NCBI GenBank assembly: GCA_963833985.1 | Contig: CAWIAD010000002.1 | Location: 2,496,001 to 2,560,000, forward strand | Direction of reading: 5' to 3' | Length of the DNA: 64,000 nt | Source of the DNA: an uncultured Planctomycetaceae bacterium | GTDB taxonomy: Bacteria; Planctomycetota; Planctomycetia; Isosphaerales; Isosphaeraceae | Shown here: piece after piece, positions 23,136 to 32,852 of the stretch | Position numbering within the stretch: the stretch's first letter is position 1 | Layout: each line of letters begins with the position of its first letter | The notes under the pieces: model-generated | What the model was told of the DNA's origin: nothing | The model's input: the letters and a program-made list of their open reading frames with translations, nothing else | The model's database searches: none | Position numbers and translations under genes: made by a program

Positions 23136-24504
23136 ATGGCACGGCGGAATCGTGCGGAAATCGTCGTCGCGGATGAGATGGGGGTCTACCACTGTGTGCA
23201 GCGGGTCGTACGCAGGGCGTTTCTCTGCGGGGTCGATCCGCTCTCAGGCAAGTCCTACGATCATCGCAGGGCATGGATCCGGGACCGCCTCGAGTCGCTC
23301 GCGGGGCTCTTCGGCGTGGAGATCGCCGCCTTTGCGGTGATGTCCAACCATCTTCATGTGATGCTCCGCATCCGTCCTGATGTGGTCATGCTCTGGCCCG
23401 ATCACGAGGTCGCCAGGCGCTGGCTGGTCCTCTTCCCCGGCCGGGTGGAGACCACGCCGGATCCCTCCACAATCCCGACCGCCATGGCCTGGCCGGTCGA
23501 ACAGCACGGTCCAAGCCAGGCACCCGGCACCACGGCCTTGCCCTCCAGCGGAGCATTCACCGACCCGCTGGAACAGGCGGTCGCCATCCTCACCGCGGAT
23601 CCTTCGCTGATGGCAACGATCCGCGGCCGACTCTCCAGTCTCTCATGGTTCATGCGTGCCCTGGCCGAGCCGATCGCCCGCCGGGCCAACCGCGAGGACC
23701 GCTGCACCGGCCGCTTCTGGGAGGGCCGGTTCAAGTCGCAACGGCTGCTGGACGAGGCGGCCTTGCTGGCGTGCAGCATCTACGTCGATCTGAACCCGAT
23801 TCGCGCCGGGCTGTCTGATCGACCGGAGACCAGCGAGTTGACTTCCGCCCACGAGCGGATCATGGCCCTGCTCCAGGATGTCCCAGCCCACTGTGCACCC
23901 AGCGCATCACGTCTTGACGTCAGTCCTGTGGCAGTGGCACGGCCGAACGAGGCTCTGTCGTCTGCGGCGGAACAGGATACGCAAGTGCTTGTGGGAGAAC
24001 CCCCTGTGGCGTCACCGGCTGCGGAAACCGTCCGCCGGGCCCGACCGCACGAACACGAACGCGAGCAGGCTCACATGACGCTCCGCGATGGCTGGCTCAG
24101 CCCGATCGAGCTGGATGCAGCGCTCCGAACCGCTGACCACAGCCATGGCAGAACCGCGAGCGGCCGCGGCCGAGACGCCGGGCGAGCCGACGCGAGCGCG
24201 GCGGGCCAGCAATCGCGGGCTGCTGCCGATGACGCTGGAGAACTACCTCGATTTGCTGGACTGGACGGGTCGACAATTGCGAACCGGGAGCCTTGGCGTG
24301 ATACCCGCGGGGCTGGCGTCGCTTCTCGATCGGCTGCAAATCTGCGCCGGGACATGGCTGGAGACAGTGACGCGGTTCGGCCGCCGGTTCCACCGCGCGG
24401 TGGGGCTGGCAGACCACCTGAAGGCGGAAGCTCAGCGGCTGGGCGTGACCTGGCTGCACGGCGTCCGCTGGAGCCAGCAAGCGTTCGCACCACCCGGTTC
24501 GTGA
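23136..24504 (+). CDS. HUH Y1 nuclease/transposase, RAYT (TnpA-REP)-like long form; frameshift near 24115
   Basis: YHCVQRVVRRAFLCG, FAVMSNHLHV (HUH), LSWFMR, FWEGRFKSQRLLDE, YVDLNPIRAG (catalytic Tyr); C-terminal YLDLLDWTGR in ORF 24088..24504; AGGAG RBS. Confidence 0.88.
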
Positions 24505-24725
24505 GCCCGTGGGTCCCCGCCTCGTTTCGAGCGATCGCGGCAAGTCTGGTAGGCCAGGTCTGATCGAGGCCGTGTGACCATCGCGGTCCTCGATTCGCGA
24601 ATTCGGCACCGATGGCCAGTGCTCCGTCGCGTGGAAGGATTGTCCACGCCCGCGCAGCGAGCCTCCGCACGTTTTTGCTCCTCCAAGTTCGGGTCTGGGA
24701 TGTCGGGACGCGCCGGGAGTGACTC

Positions 24726-25197
24726 ACCGCCGCGGCGCGAGCATCCTGCAGAATGTGGGTGGCACCAATCAGACACTTGCAGAATGTGGGTGGCACCAAT
24801 CAGACACCAATCAGACACTCCAATCAGACACTGCACCAATCAGACACCACCAATCAGACACCCCAATCAGACACCAATCAGACAGCACCAATCAGACACC
24901 GCCGCGGCGCGAGCATCCTGCAGAATGTGGGTGGCACCTAACTTGCTGTGCAGAACGTGTTGCAGAACGTGGGTGGGACTTAACTTGTTGCTTAACTTGT
25001 TGCAGAACGTGGGTGGCACTTAACTTGCACTAACTTCTGCAGAACGTGTTGCAGAACGTGGGTGGCACTTAACTTGTTGCTTAACTTGTTGCAGAACGTG
25101 GGTGGCACTTAACTTGCACTCAGAACGTGGGTGGCACTTAACTTGCTTGGGTGGCACTTAACTTGCTTAACTTGCACTTAACTTGTATTTTAACTTC
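24726..25197 (-). repeat. Right-end stuttered array of HUH-Y1 element 1 (nested suffixes, core TGGGTGG x9)
   Basis: 9x CAATCAGAC then 13x TAACTT; units share a near-fixed right end and variable left start; core is the reverse complement of the left-end core. Confidence 0.92.
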
Positions 25198-25620
25198 CTC
25201 GCGGGACCGCGAAGGGTCGGGCCGGGAAGAGTGCGAAGAAGCGGCAGAAAGGGCAGTAAATTGCGGCTCGTGGTTGCGTGGTGCCCAGGGCCTTTGCGGC
25301 TGCTCCGGATGACCATGCGGAGAAGCGCATTCGCGCGGCGGACTCGCGTCAGGGGCGGCGTGCGCGGTTGCCGGTACACTTCAGGTGACGAGGTGCCGCC
25401 CGGCACCAGGCGGCGTTGACACGAGTCAGAGTTGCGGATAGATTCCCGGCGCACGTCGCGGCTGTGGGGCGGCGATCGGTCTGATACCCATACCTGATCC
25501 TCCATCAGCGAACCTGTTCGCACCGTACCGTGGCTCATCGGTCGAGGCGCGTGCTCGGGCAGTCCCAGGGACGGAGACGCATTCCGGCACGTGTCGCTCT
25601 TTGACGGGCGAGGGTTACTC

Positions 25621-26784
25621 ATGGATGATGTCCCCGCCGGTCCGGCGAGCTTGGAGCCGCGGAGGCCACTGCTTTCGGTCGTCGTTCCTGTCCGCGATGG
25701 GGGTGCCGACTTCGAGCACTGCCTCCGCCGGCTTCGCCACTCGACCTGGACGGATTTTGAACTGATCGTGATTGATGACGGGTCGACTGACGGCTCGAGC
25801 GCCGTGGCCAGGCGCCTGGGTGCCCTCGTTGTGTGCAACGACCGCCCGCTGGGGCCCGCGGCCGCACGGAACCACGGAGCCCAGCTTGCCACCGCGCCCT
25901 TGATCTTCTTTCTGGACGCCGACGTGGCAGTGCACGCTGATACCCTGGCCCGCGGCATGGCCCGGTTTCTTGCAGATCCGGGACTTACCGCGCTATTCGG
26001 CTCCTACGACAACCAGCCGTCGGCCCGCGGCCTGGTCAGCCAGTTTCGCAACCTGCTCCATCACTTCGTGCATCAGCAAGGTCACTTCCAGGACGGCACT
26101 CGCCCCGCACACACCTTCTGGACCGGCTGCGGGATGATCCGCCGCCAGGTCTTTCTCGATTTTGGCGGCTTTGATCCTCGGCTCTACCCCCGCCCGGCGA
26201 TCGAGGATATCGAGCTGGGTTACCGCCTCACCCGCGCGGGCCACCGCATCGTGCTGGCGCGCGACGTCCTGGCCACTCATATGAAGCGCTGGACCCTTTT
26301 CGAGATGGTCCGCACCGACATCTTCCGCCGGGGTGTCCCGTGGATGCTGTTGATCAGGCGAAGCGGCACGATCGAGACCGATCTGAACGTCAAGCCCGCC
26401 CAGCGAATGTGCGTGGCCATCACGGGGCTGATCTGGTTGGCTCTCGTGATCTGCCCCTGGAACGTCTGGGCTGCCCCGGTCGCACTGGGGGGGTCGGGGA
26501 TGATCGTCTGTTTGAACCGGGACTTTTACTGGTTCCTCACCCAGCGCCGGGGACTGGCGTTCGCCGTCCAGGCCCTGCCCATGCATCTGGTCTACTACAG
26601 TTGTTGCGCGGTCTCCGTGTTCCTTGCGCTGCTGCAATGGCACGTGGTCCATCCGATAACGCTCAAGAGCGCAGCCGTCGGCCCGCGCCGGGATCGCGTG
26701 GACCGGGGCGTGAAGCCAATCCCCGAGCCGTTTCTGGCTCGCGTCGCACGGAGGCTGGCACGATGGACAGCACGATCAAAGTAG
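25621..26784 (+). CDS. Glycosyltransferase family 2 with C-terminal TM helices
   Basis: SVVVPVRD, IVIDDGSTD, AARNHG, FLDAD, GGFD, IEDIELGYRL. Confidence 0.92.
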   Translation: MDDVPAGPASLEPRRPLLSVVVPVRDGGADFEHCLRRLRHSTWTDFELIVIDDGSTDGSSAVARRLGALVVCNDRPLGPAAARNHGAQLATAPLIFFLDADVAVHADTLARGMARFLADPGLTALFGSYDNQPSARGLVSQFRNLLHHFVHQQGHFQDGTRPAHTFWTGCGMIRRQVFLDFGGFDPRLYPRPAIEDIELGYRLTRAGHRIVLARDVLATHMKRWTLFEMVRTDIFRRGVPWMLLIRRSGTIETDLNVKPAQRMCVAITGLIWLALVICPWNVWAAPVALGGSGMIVCLNRDFYWFLTQRRGLAFAVQALPMHLVYYSCCAVSVFLALLQWHVVHPITLKSAAVGPRRDRVDRGVKPIPEPFLARVARRLARWTARSK

Positions 26785-27942
26785 CAGTGGTCCGTGGCGA
26801 CCGCCGTCGCGGGGCCGTGGCCGAAGCCCTGGCACTCATCGCCGAAGACGTGCGCGAACGGGTGTCGGCCGGCTCGTGCCCGGTGGTCGTACCGAACCTG
26901 GACAACCCGGCGCGACCCTGGACGTGCACGCATCGCGACACCCTCTCCGCGGCAGCCGATGCGGTGTATGGGGCCGGGGCGGCATCGATTCTGGTCGCTG
27001 GGGGCCGCGGCCGGCGGATGCCTCAGGCACACGACCGACGTGACGGCGCCGGACGCGACGCCTTCGAAAAGCTGGGCTACCGGGCCGAACTCTGGCAGCG
27101 TCCGGCCGCATTTCTGGATCTAGATCGGTCCGGGCCGGACCAGTCCGGCGAATCTCCCTGGACGACGATCCTCTGGGGCAGCCCAGGCGCAAATCGGCCG
27201 GCTCCCATCAGCCTGTGCACACGCGTGGCGGCTGCCCGCTGCCGCGTGGCGCTGGGGGTCTTCAAGACTCACTCCATCTACCGTGTGGGCCTGGGACTGA
27301 CCGACCTCACCGGCGTCTTCCATGCCGATGGACGACTGCATCCGGGGCATGAGATTTCCGCGCGTGCGGGGCTCTCGAGGCCGCCCGGCCCGGCGGCATG
27401 CCTGCTGACCTCCTGGCGCGGCGGGCTGGTGCGGGCATGGCTCGGTCTGCGAACGATTGCCGGCGGGATGCGGCTAACCGCTTCGGAGCTCCGCTGGCTG
27501 GCCGATGTGGAGCAGGCGACCCGGAGAATGCTTTCGCTCGCGGCGCTCGATGATGCCGCGCGTCAGCGTGATCGACGGTTTCTCCGCGATGCAAGGGGAA
27601 GGGCCCGAGCAAGGTAGGAAGCGATCTCTGCGGACGGTTGTGGCAGGAACGGACCCGGTTGCCGTCGATGCCGTGGCGGCCGCGATCATGGGCTTCAAGC
27701 CCGGTGAGATCGCCTACCTGAGGCTGGCCGAGAGCATGGGGCTGGGGAAGGCCGACCTGGAGAGCATTCACATCGTCGGCGATTCCATCTCCGCGTCGCG
27801 CAGGCGGCTTGTCCGGCATTCCTCGGATCGTCTGCTGCGGCTCGCGGGCAGCGTGCCGGTGGCCTCGCCCCCGGTGCGGCCTCCGCATTTCGATACCATC
27901 ACCAGGCCGTCGCGGACCCAGGCCCTCGCGCGGCCGCAGTGA
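26763..27942 (+). CDS. DUF362-like protein; frameshift near 27550
   Basis: VVPNL..TH, KTH, then VIDGFSAMQGEGP..AGTDPVAVDAVAAAIMGF..IAYL in the second frame. Confidence 0.7.
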
Positions 27943-27974
27943 ACCTGACACGGCCGGCAAGGACCCGCCCACCC

Positions 27975-29225
27975 ATGCGCATAGGATTTGACGGCAGCTG
28001 CCTGTCGAACCGCCGCGGCTTCGGTCGCTTCTCCCGACTGCTCCTCGATGCGCTGGCGCGGCACGATCGAGGCCACGAGATCGTGGTGTTTCTGGACCAG
28101 GATGCCGACCGGCTGGTCGACATTACCGGGTCGCTGGAGCGTGTCGCGGTGAGTCTCCGCGAGCCGCCCTCCCTGGCCGCCTCGGCACGGGGCCGCCGGC
28201 GCATCACCGACATGCTCGCGATGGGCCGGGCCGTGGCCCGGTGCCGGCTGGACCTGATGTACTTCCCGGCAACCTACACGTTTTACCCGGTCTGGAACGT
28301 GCCGCGCCTGGTCGTCACCATGCACGACACACTCGCCCTGGAGCATCCCGAGCTCGTATTCCCGACGCGCCGGGGCCGGCTGGCCTGGCTGCTCAAGGAG
28401 CATGTCGCGGTCCGCATGGCTCACCGCATCGTGACGGTTTCGGAGACGTCGCGCCAGACGCTGGCGACCTGGTTTCGCCTTGATCCTCAGACGCTCCGGG
28501 TGGTCACCGAAGGTCCTGACCCGATCTTCCGGCACCGGCCAGACGACCCCGGGGCGATGGAGGTGCTGAGGAAGCATGGTCTTGGCCCGGGAACACGTTA
28601 CCTTCTGTATGTAGGCGGACTGAGCCCCCACAAGAACCTGCCGCGGCTGATCCAGGCGTTCTCCGGGCTCGACGACCGCTCCCTGGCCCTGGTGATCGTC
28701 GGCGATCTCGACGACGTTTTTCACACCCACGTCCCGGAAATCCGCCGGGTGATCGCCAGCGCCCAGGCCGGAGGGGCGGGAAGCATCATCCTTCCCGGGT
28801 TTGTTGGCGATCACGAACTCGTGCACCTTTACAACCGCGCGTACGCGCTGGTGCAACCCTCGCTCATGGAAGGCTTCGGGCTGCCACCGGTGGAGGCGAT
28901 GGCCTGTGGTACCCCGGTGCTGGCCAGCCGTGCCGGCTCGCTTCCCGAGATCGTGGGGGACGCCGGCCTCTTCTTTGAGCCTTCCGACGTGGAGTCCATT
29001 CGCGCCACCCTTGCGCGGTTGAACGCACAGCCGGACCTCAGGAACCAGCTCGCCACCCTGGCGCTCCACCGCGCGAGCCGCTTCTCATGGGACCGCGCCG
29101 CCGCGGAACTCCTCGATTGCTTCGAGGAATTCGGGTGTGGAAATCGCCCGCGCGGGCGTTCCCTCGCCTTCCGTCCGTCGCGACACACTCAGAGAAATCA
29201 GCCCACGAGTGAACACGTCCAGTGA
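27975..29225 (+). CDS. Glycosyltransferase family 4 (GT-B)
   Basis: MRIGFDG, VTMHD, YVGGLSPHKNLPRL, PSLMEGFGLPPVEAMACGTPV, FSWDRAA. Confidence 0.93.
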   Translation: MRIGFDGSCLSNRRGFGRFSRLLLDALARHDRGHEIVVFLDQDADRLVDITGSLERVAVSLREPPSLAASARGRRRITDMLAMGRAVARCRLDLMYFPATYTFYPVWNVPRLVVTMHDTLALEHPELVFPTRRGRLAWLLKEHVAVRMAHRIVTVSETSRQTLATWFRLDPQTLRVVTEGPDPIFRHRPDDPGAMEVLRKHGLGPGTRYLLYVGGLSPHKNLPRLIQAFSGLDDRSLALVIVGDLDDVFHTHVPEIRRVIASAQAGGAGSIILPGFVGDHELVHLYNRAYALVQPSLMEGFGLPPVEAMACGTPVLASRAGSLPEIVGDAGLFFEPSDVESIRATLARLNAQPDLRNQLATLALHRASRFSWDRAAAELLDCFEEFGCGNRPRGRSLAFRPSRHTQRNQPTSEHVQ

Positions 29226-29561
29226 AGCCTGGTAGACTGGAGAATGGTGTAAGCTGTCTCATGTCGTCCCAGTTTCACCAGCTTCGCTCGAAATGATCCA
29301 TGAATTTTCACGAATGAAGATCGCATCATCAATCTGCTTGAGAGCGATCCGGTACAAATCGTTAACTCCTGTTCATGGGTAATGTGCCGGCATTCTCTTT
29401 GCACGACTCGGGTGGTCGGCATAGCTTCCCCCTGCTGGCGATGGATGATGAGGCACCGACGGGTCTGCATTGCGCCAAGCAGAAACCAGAGTGCGGTTGA
29501 CCGCCCGGTCATGCGAGCCGGACAGTTCCGTGACGGATGCTGAAAGCACAGGCGAGCTTAC

Positions 29562-32500
29562 ATGATGAGCGGTCTCTCCCTTGCTGAAAAGCGAAGGCTT
29601 CTCGAGCAGCACCTCCGACGCAAGGCCCCTGGAGTGCCGGTGCACGAGCAGATTGCATCGCAGGCCCGGCGCACTCCGGAGGCTGTCGCGGTTGTATCCG
29701 GATCGGAGCGGCTGACCTATGCGGAGCTGGAGAGCCGGGCGTGCCGGCTGGCCGGGACGCTGCGAACGCTCGGCGCCGGCCCCGAGTCCCTCGTCGGCCT
29801 GGAAGTGGAGCGCTCGGCGGATATGGTGGTCGGGCTGCTTGGCATCTTGAAGACCGGGGCCGCGTATGTCCCGCTGGACCCGGCATATCCCCGCGACCGT
29901 CTCACGTTCATGGCGGAGGACTCCCGCCTGTCGTTGCTGGTCAGCCAGGAGGCGCTCCGTGGCAGCCTGCCGCGGGCTGATCTTGGTGCCGTGACCCTGG
30001 AATCAACTCGAGATGCCTCTCCCTGCGCTGAAGGGGTGCCTGGCGAGCCAGTGAGTGACGCGCCCGATCTCCTCGCTTATGTGATCTACACCTCCGGCTC
30101 GACGGGCAGGCCGAAGGGGGTCTGCGTCACGCACCGTGCTCTGAGCAACTTTCTTGGCTCGATGCGCGCGCTCTTCCCGATGAGCGGAGGCGATACCCTG
30201 CTGGCCGTCACGACCTTGTCGTTCGACATCGCCGGGCTGGAGATCTTCCTTCCGTTAATCCAGGGGGCGCGGGTGGAAGTCGTATCAAGGGAAGACGGCG
30301 GCGACGGCCGCTGGCTCTCCCGGCGGCTCGAGGAGGGCGATCTACGCTTCATGCAGGCCACGCCGTCAACCTGGCGCATGCTCCTGGCGGCGGGCTGGCG
30401 TGGTGCACCCGAGTTGACGCTCCTGTGTGGCGGGGAAGCTCTGCCACGGGACCTTGCCGATGAGCTGCTGTCCCGGGGCAAGGCGCTGTGGAATCTGTAC
30501 GGGCCCACCGAGACGACGATCTGGTCCACCGCCGGGAAAATGGAGCCAGACGCCACGGCGGTCACCATCGGGGTACCCATCGAATCAACCCGTCTCTACG
30601 TGCTCGACGCACACCTTCAGCTCGTCCCCCAGGGCGTTCCCGGCGAGCTTTACATCGGCGGCGCGGGCGTCGCGCGCGGCTACCTGAACCGACCGGGTCT
30701 GACCGCCGAGCGATTCCTTCCCGACCCGTTCGACCAGACCCCTGGCGCCCGGATGTATCGCACGGGCGATCGGGTGCGGGCACGTGCGAGCGGCCAGCTT
30801 GAATGCCTGGGCCGGATCGACCAGCAGGTGAAGATCCGCGGCCATCGCATCGAGCTGGAAGAAATCGAGATCGCATTGCGCAGGCACGCCAGGGTCCGCG
30901 AGGCGGTGGTCGCCGCGCGCCCCGCTCAGGACGGGTCGCTCCAGCTCGCTGCCTACATCGTGTCCCGGGAAGGTGGCAAACCGGCGGTGGCCGAGCTTCG
31001 CGGCCTGCTGCTGGAGCTGCTGCCGGACTACATGGTTCCCTCGAGCTTCACCTTGCTGAGCGCCTTGCCGCTGACGCCCAGCGGCAAGATCGACCGCCGG
31101 GCCTTGCCTGACCCGGTCGAGCTGCCTTCCGTATTCGCTCCACCGCGCGGGCCGGTCGAGGAAGGGATCGCTCAGGTCTGGAGCGAATGCCTTGGCCGTG
31201 CCGGCGTCGGCGTCCAGGACAACTTCTTCGACGTCGGCGGACACTCCCTGCTGGCCACGCAGATCCTCACCCGGGTTCGCGAGCTCTTCGACGTCGAGTT
31301 ATCGTTGCGGGAATTCCTCGACCGGCCGACGGTCGCCGGGCTGGCCCAGCGCGTGGAAGAGCAGATGAGCCAGGGCGCCAGGGCGCAGGTTCCGCCCATC
31401 GTGGCCGTCCCGCGAGACGGGCCGGCGCCGCTCTCGTTCGCACAGCAACGGCTCTGGTTCCTGGATCAGCTCGAGCCGGCAAGCCCCGTTTACAACATGC
31501 CGGTGTGCGTGCGGCTTGAGGGTGAGCTTGACCGGACTGCCCTGGCTCGCTCGTTCAACGAGATCGTCCGGCGGCACGAGGTCCTGCGCGCGTCGTTCAC
31601 CGCGGTGCACGGCCATCCTTGTCAGCGGTTCGAGCCCTCTCTGGGAGTGGAATTCCCGGTCCTCGACCTGAGAACGCTGCCGGCAGACGAGCGCGAGCCG
31701 GAGGCGCGGCGCCTGTTGCTCGATGAAGCCAGGCGGCCGTTCGATTTGGCTGCCGGCCCGCTTGTCCGCGCGTGCTTGATCCGGCTTCAGGACCAATTGC
31801 ATTTCCTGCTTGTGACGGTGCACCATATCGTCGCGGACGCGTGGTCGCTGGGCGTCATGGTTCGTGAGTCCTCGCTGCTTTACGACGCCTTTCAAAACGG
31901 CGATCCGTCGCCTTTGCCCGAGCTGGCCGTGCAGTACGCCGACTATGCCGCCTGGCAACGGGAACGGCTTGCCGGAGACGATTTGCAGGCACAGCTTGCC
32001 TACTGGACCGAGCAACTGCGAGCCGTGCCGGCGCTCAATCTTCCCACGGACCGGCCTCGTCCCTCGGTAGCCAGCGGCCGCGGTGGGGAACGGTCACGCG
32101 ACATGCCCGCCGCGCTGGTCGGCTCACTGAAGGTGCTTGGCCGGCAGGAGCGGGTGACCTTGCACATGACGCTGATGGCGGCCTTCCAGGTGCTCTTGCA
32201 CCGCTATTGCGGCCAGGACGACTTCGCGGTGGGGATGCCCATCGCGGGCCGCACGCGGGGTGAGATCGAGGGGCTGGTGGGGCTCTTCGTGAACACGCTG
32301 GCCATTCGCGCCCAGCTCTCCGGCAACCCTGATTTTCGCACGGTCCTCCGCCGGGTGCGACACGCCTCGCTGGAGGCGTACGCGCACCAGGACCTTCCCT
32401 TCGACCAGCTTGTCGCGCAGCTTCATCCGCACCGCGATCCCGCTCTCTCGCCCATTTTTCAGACGCTCTTCGCGTTTCAGAACGTGCCCTTGCCCGTCTT

Positions 32501-32852
32501 CCAGTCCGGCGTGCTCGCCGCGACCCCGATGGACTTCCACAACGGCACGGCCAAGTTCGATCTGGCTCTCTTCGCCAGCGAGACCGAAAGCGGCTTGCAA
32601 CTGAGCATGGAATTCAGCAGCGACCTCTTCGACGCCGAGACCGTGGATCGCATGCTGGAACACTACCAGGTGCTGCTGGAGGGCATCGCCGCGGATCCTG
32701 ACGGATCCATCAGCGCTCTTCCCTTGCTCTCGGAAGCCGAGCGCCAGAGCGTGCTCGGGTCAGGGACCGACCCGATGCGGGATCTCGATCAACTCTCGGA
32801 TGAGGAGGTCGAGGAACTCCTTCTCCGGATCGAGTCCAACCTTTATGCTTGA
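29562..32852 (+). CDS. NRPS, A(Gly)-T-C
   Basis: YTSGSTGRPKG, NLYGPTE, YRTGD, GGHSL, HHIVADAWS; manually read specificity code DILQLGLIWK (canonical Gly). Confidence 0.93.
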   Translation: MMSGLSLAEKRRLLEQHLRRKAPGVPVHEQIASQARRTPEAVAVVSGSERLTYAELESRACRLAGTLRTLGAGPESLVGLEVERSADMVVGLLGILKTGAAYVPLDPAYPRDRLTFMAEDSRLSLLVSQEALRGSLPRADLGAVTLESTRDASPCAEGVPGEPVSDAPDLLAYVIYTSGSTGRPKGVCVTHRALSNFLGSMRALFPMSGGDTLLAVTTLSFDIAGLEIFLPLIQGARVEVVSREDGGDGRWLSRRLEEGDLRFMQATPSTWRMLLAAGWRGAPELTLLCGGEALPRDLADELLSRGKALWNLYGPTETTIWSTAGKMEPDATAVTIGVPIESTRLYVLDAHLQLVPQGVPGELYIGGAGVARGYLNRPGLTAERFLPDPFDQTPGARMYRTGDRVRARASGQLECLGRIDQQVKIRGHRIELEEIEIALRRHARVREAVVAARPAQDGSLQLAAYIVSREGGKPAVAELRGLLLELLPDYMVPSSFTLLSALPLTPSGKIDRRALPDPVELPSVFAPPRGPVEEGIAQVWSECLGRAGVGVQDNFFDVGGHSLLATQILTRVRELFDVELSLREFLDRPTVAGLAQRVEEQMSQGARAQVPPIVAVPRDGPAPLSFAQQRLWFLDQLEPASPVYNMPVCVRLEGELDRTALARSFNEIVRRHEVLRASFTAVHGHPCQRFEPSLGVEFPVLDLRTLPADEREPEARRLLLDEARRPFDLAAGPLVRACLIRLQDQLHFLLVTVHHIVADAWSLGVMVRESSLLYDAFQNGDPSPLPELAVQYADYAAWQRERLAGDDLQAQLAYWTEQLRAVPALNLPTDRPRPSVASGRGGERSRDMPAALVGSLKVLGRQERVTLHMTLMAAFQVLLHRYCGQDDFAVGMPIAGRTRGEIEGLVGLFVNTLAIRAQLSGNPDFRTVLRRVRHASLEAYAHQDLPFDQLVAQLHPHRDPALSPIFQTLFAFQNVPLPVFQSGVLAATPMDFHNGTAKFDLALFASETESGLQLSMEFSSDLFDAETVDRMLEHYQVLLEGIAADPDGSISALPLLSEAERQSVLGSGTDPMRDLDQLSDEEVEELLLRIESNLYA

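Noticed and set aside
24726..25197. CRISPR array
   Set aside because: No unique spacers, irregular periodicity, intervening DNA is made of the repeat itself, and no cas genes
22791..25197. Canonical IS200/IS605 element with TnpB, or an RT-made (telomerase/retron/DGR-like) repeat
   Set aside because: No tnpB or reverse transcriptase in the window; the protein is the long RAYT-like type and the ends are inverted motifs rather than obvious subterminal hairpins
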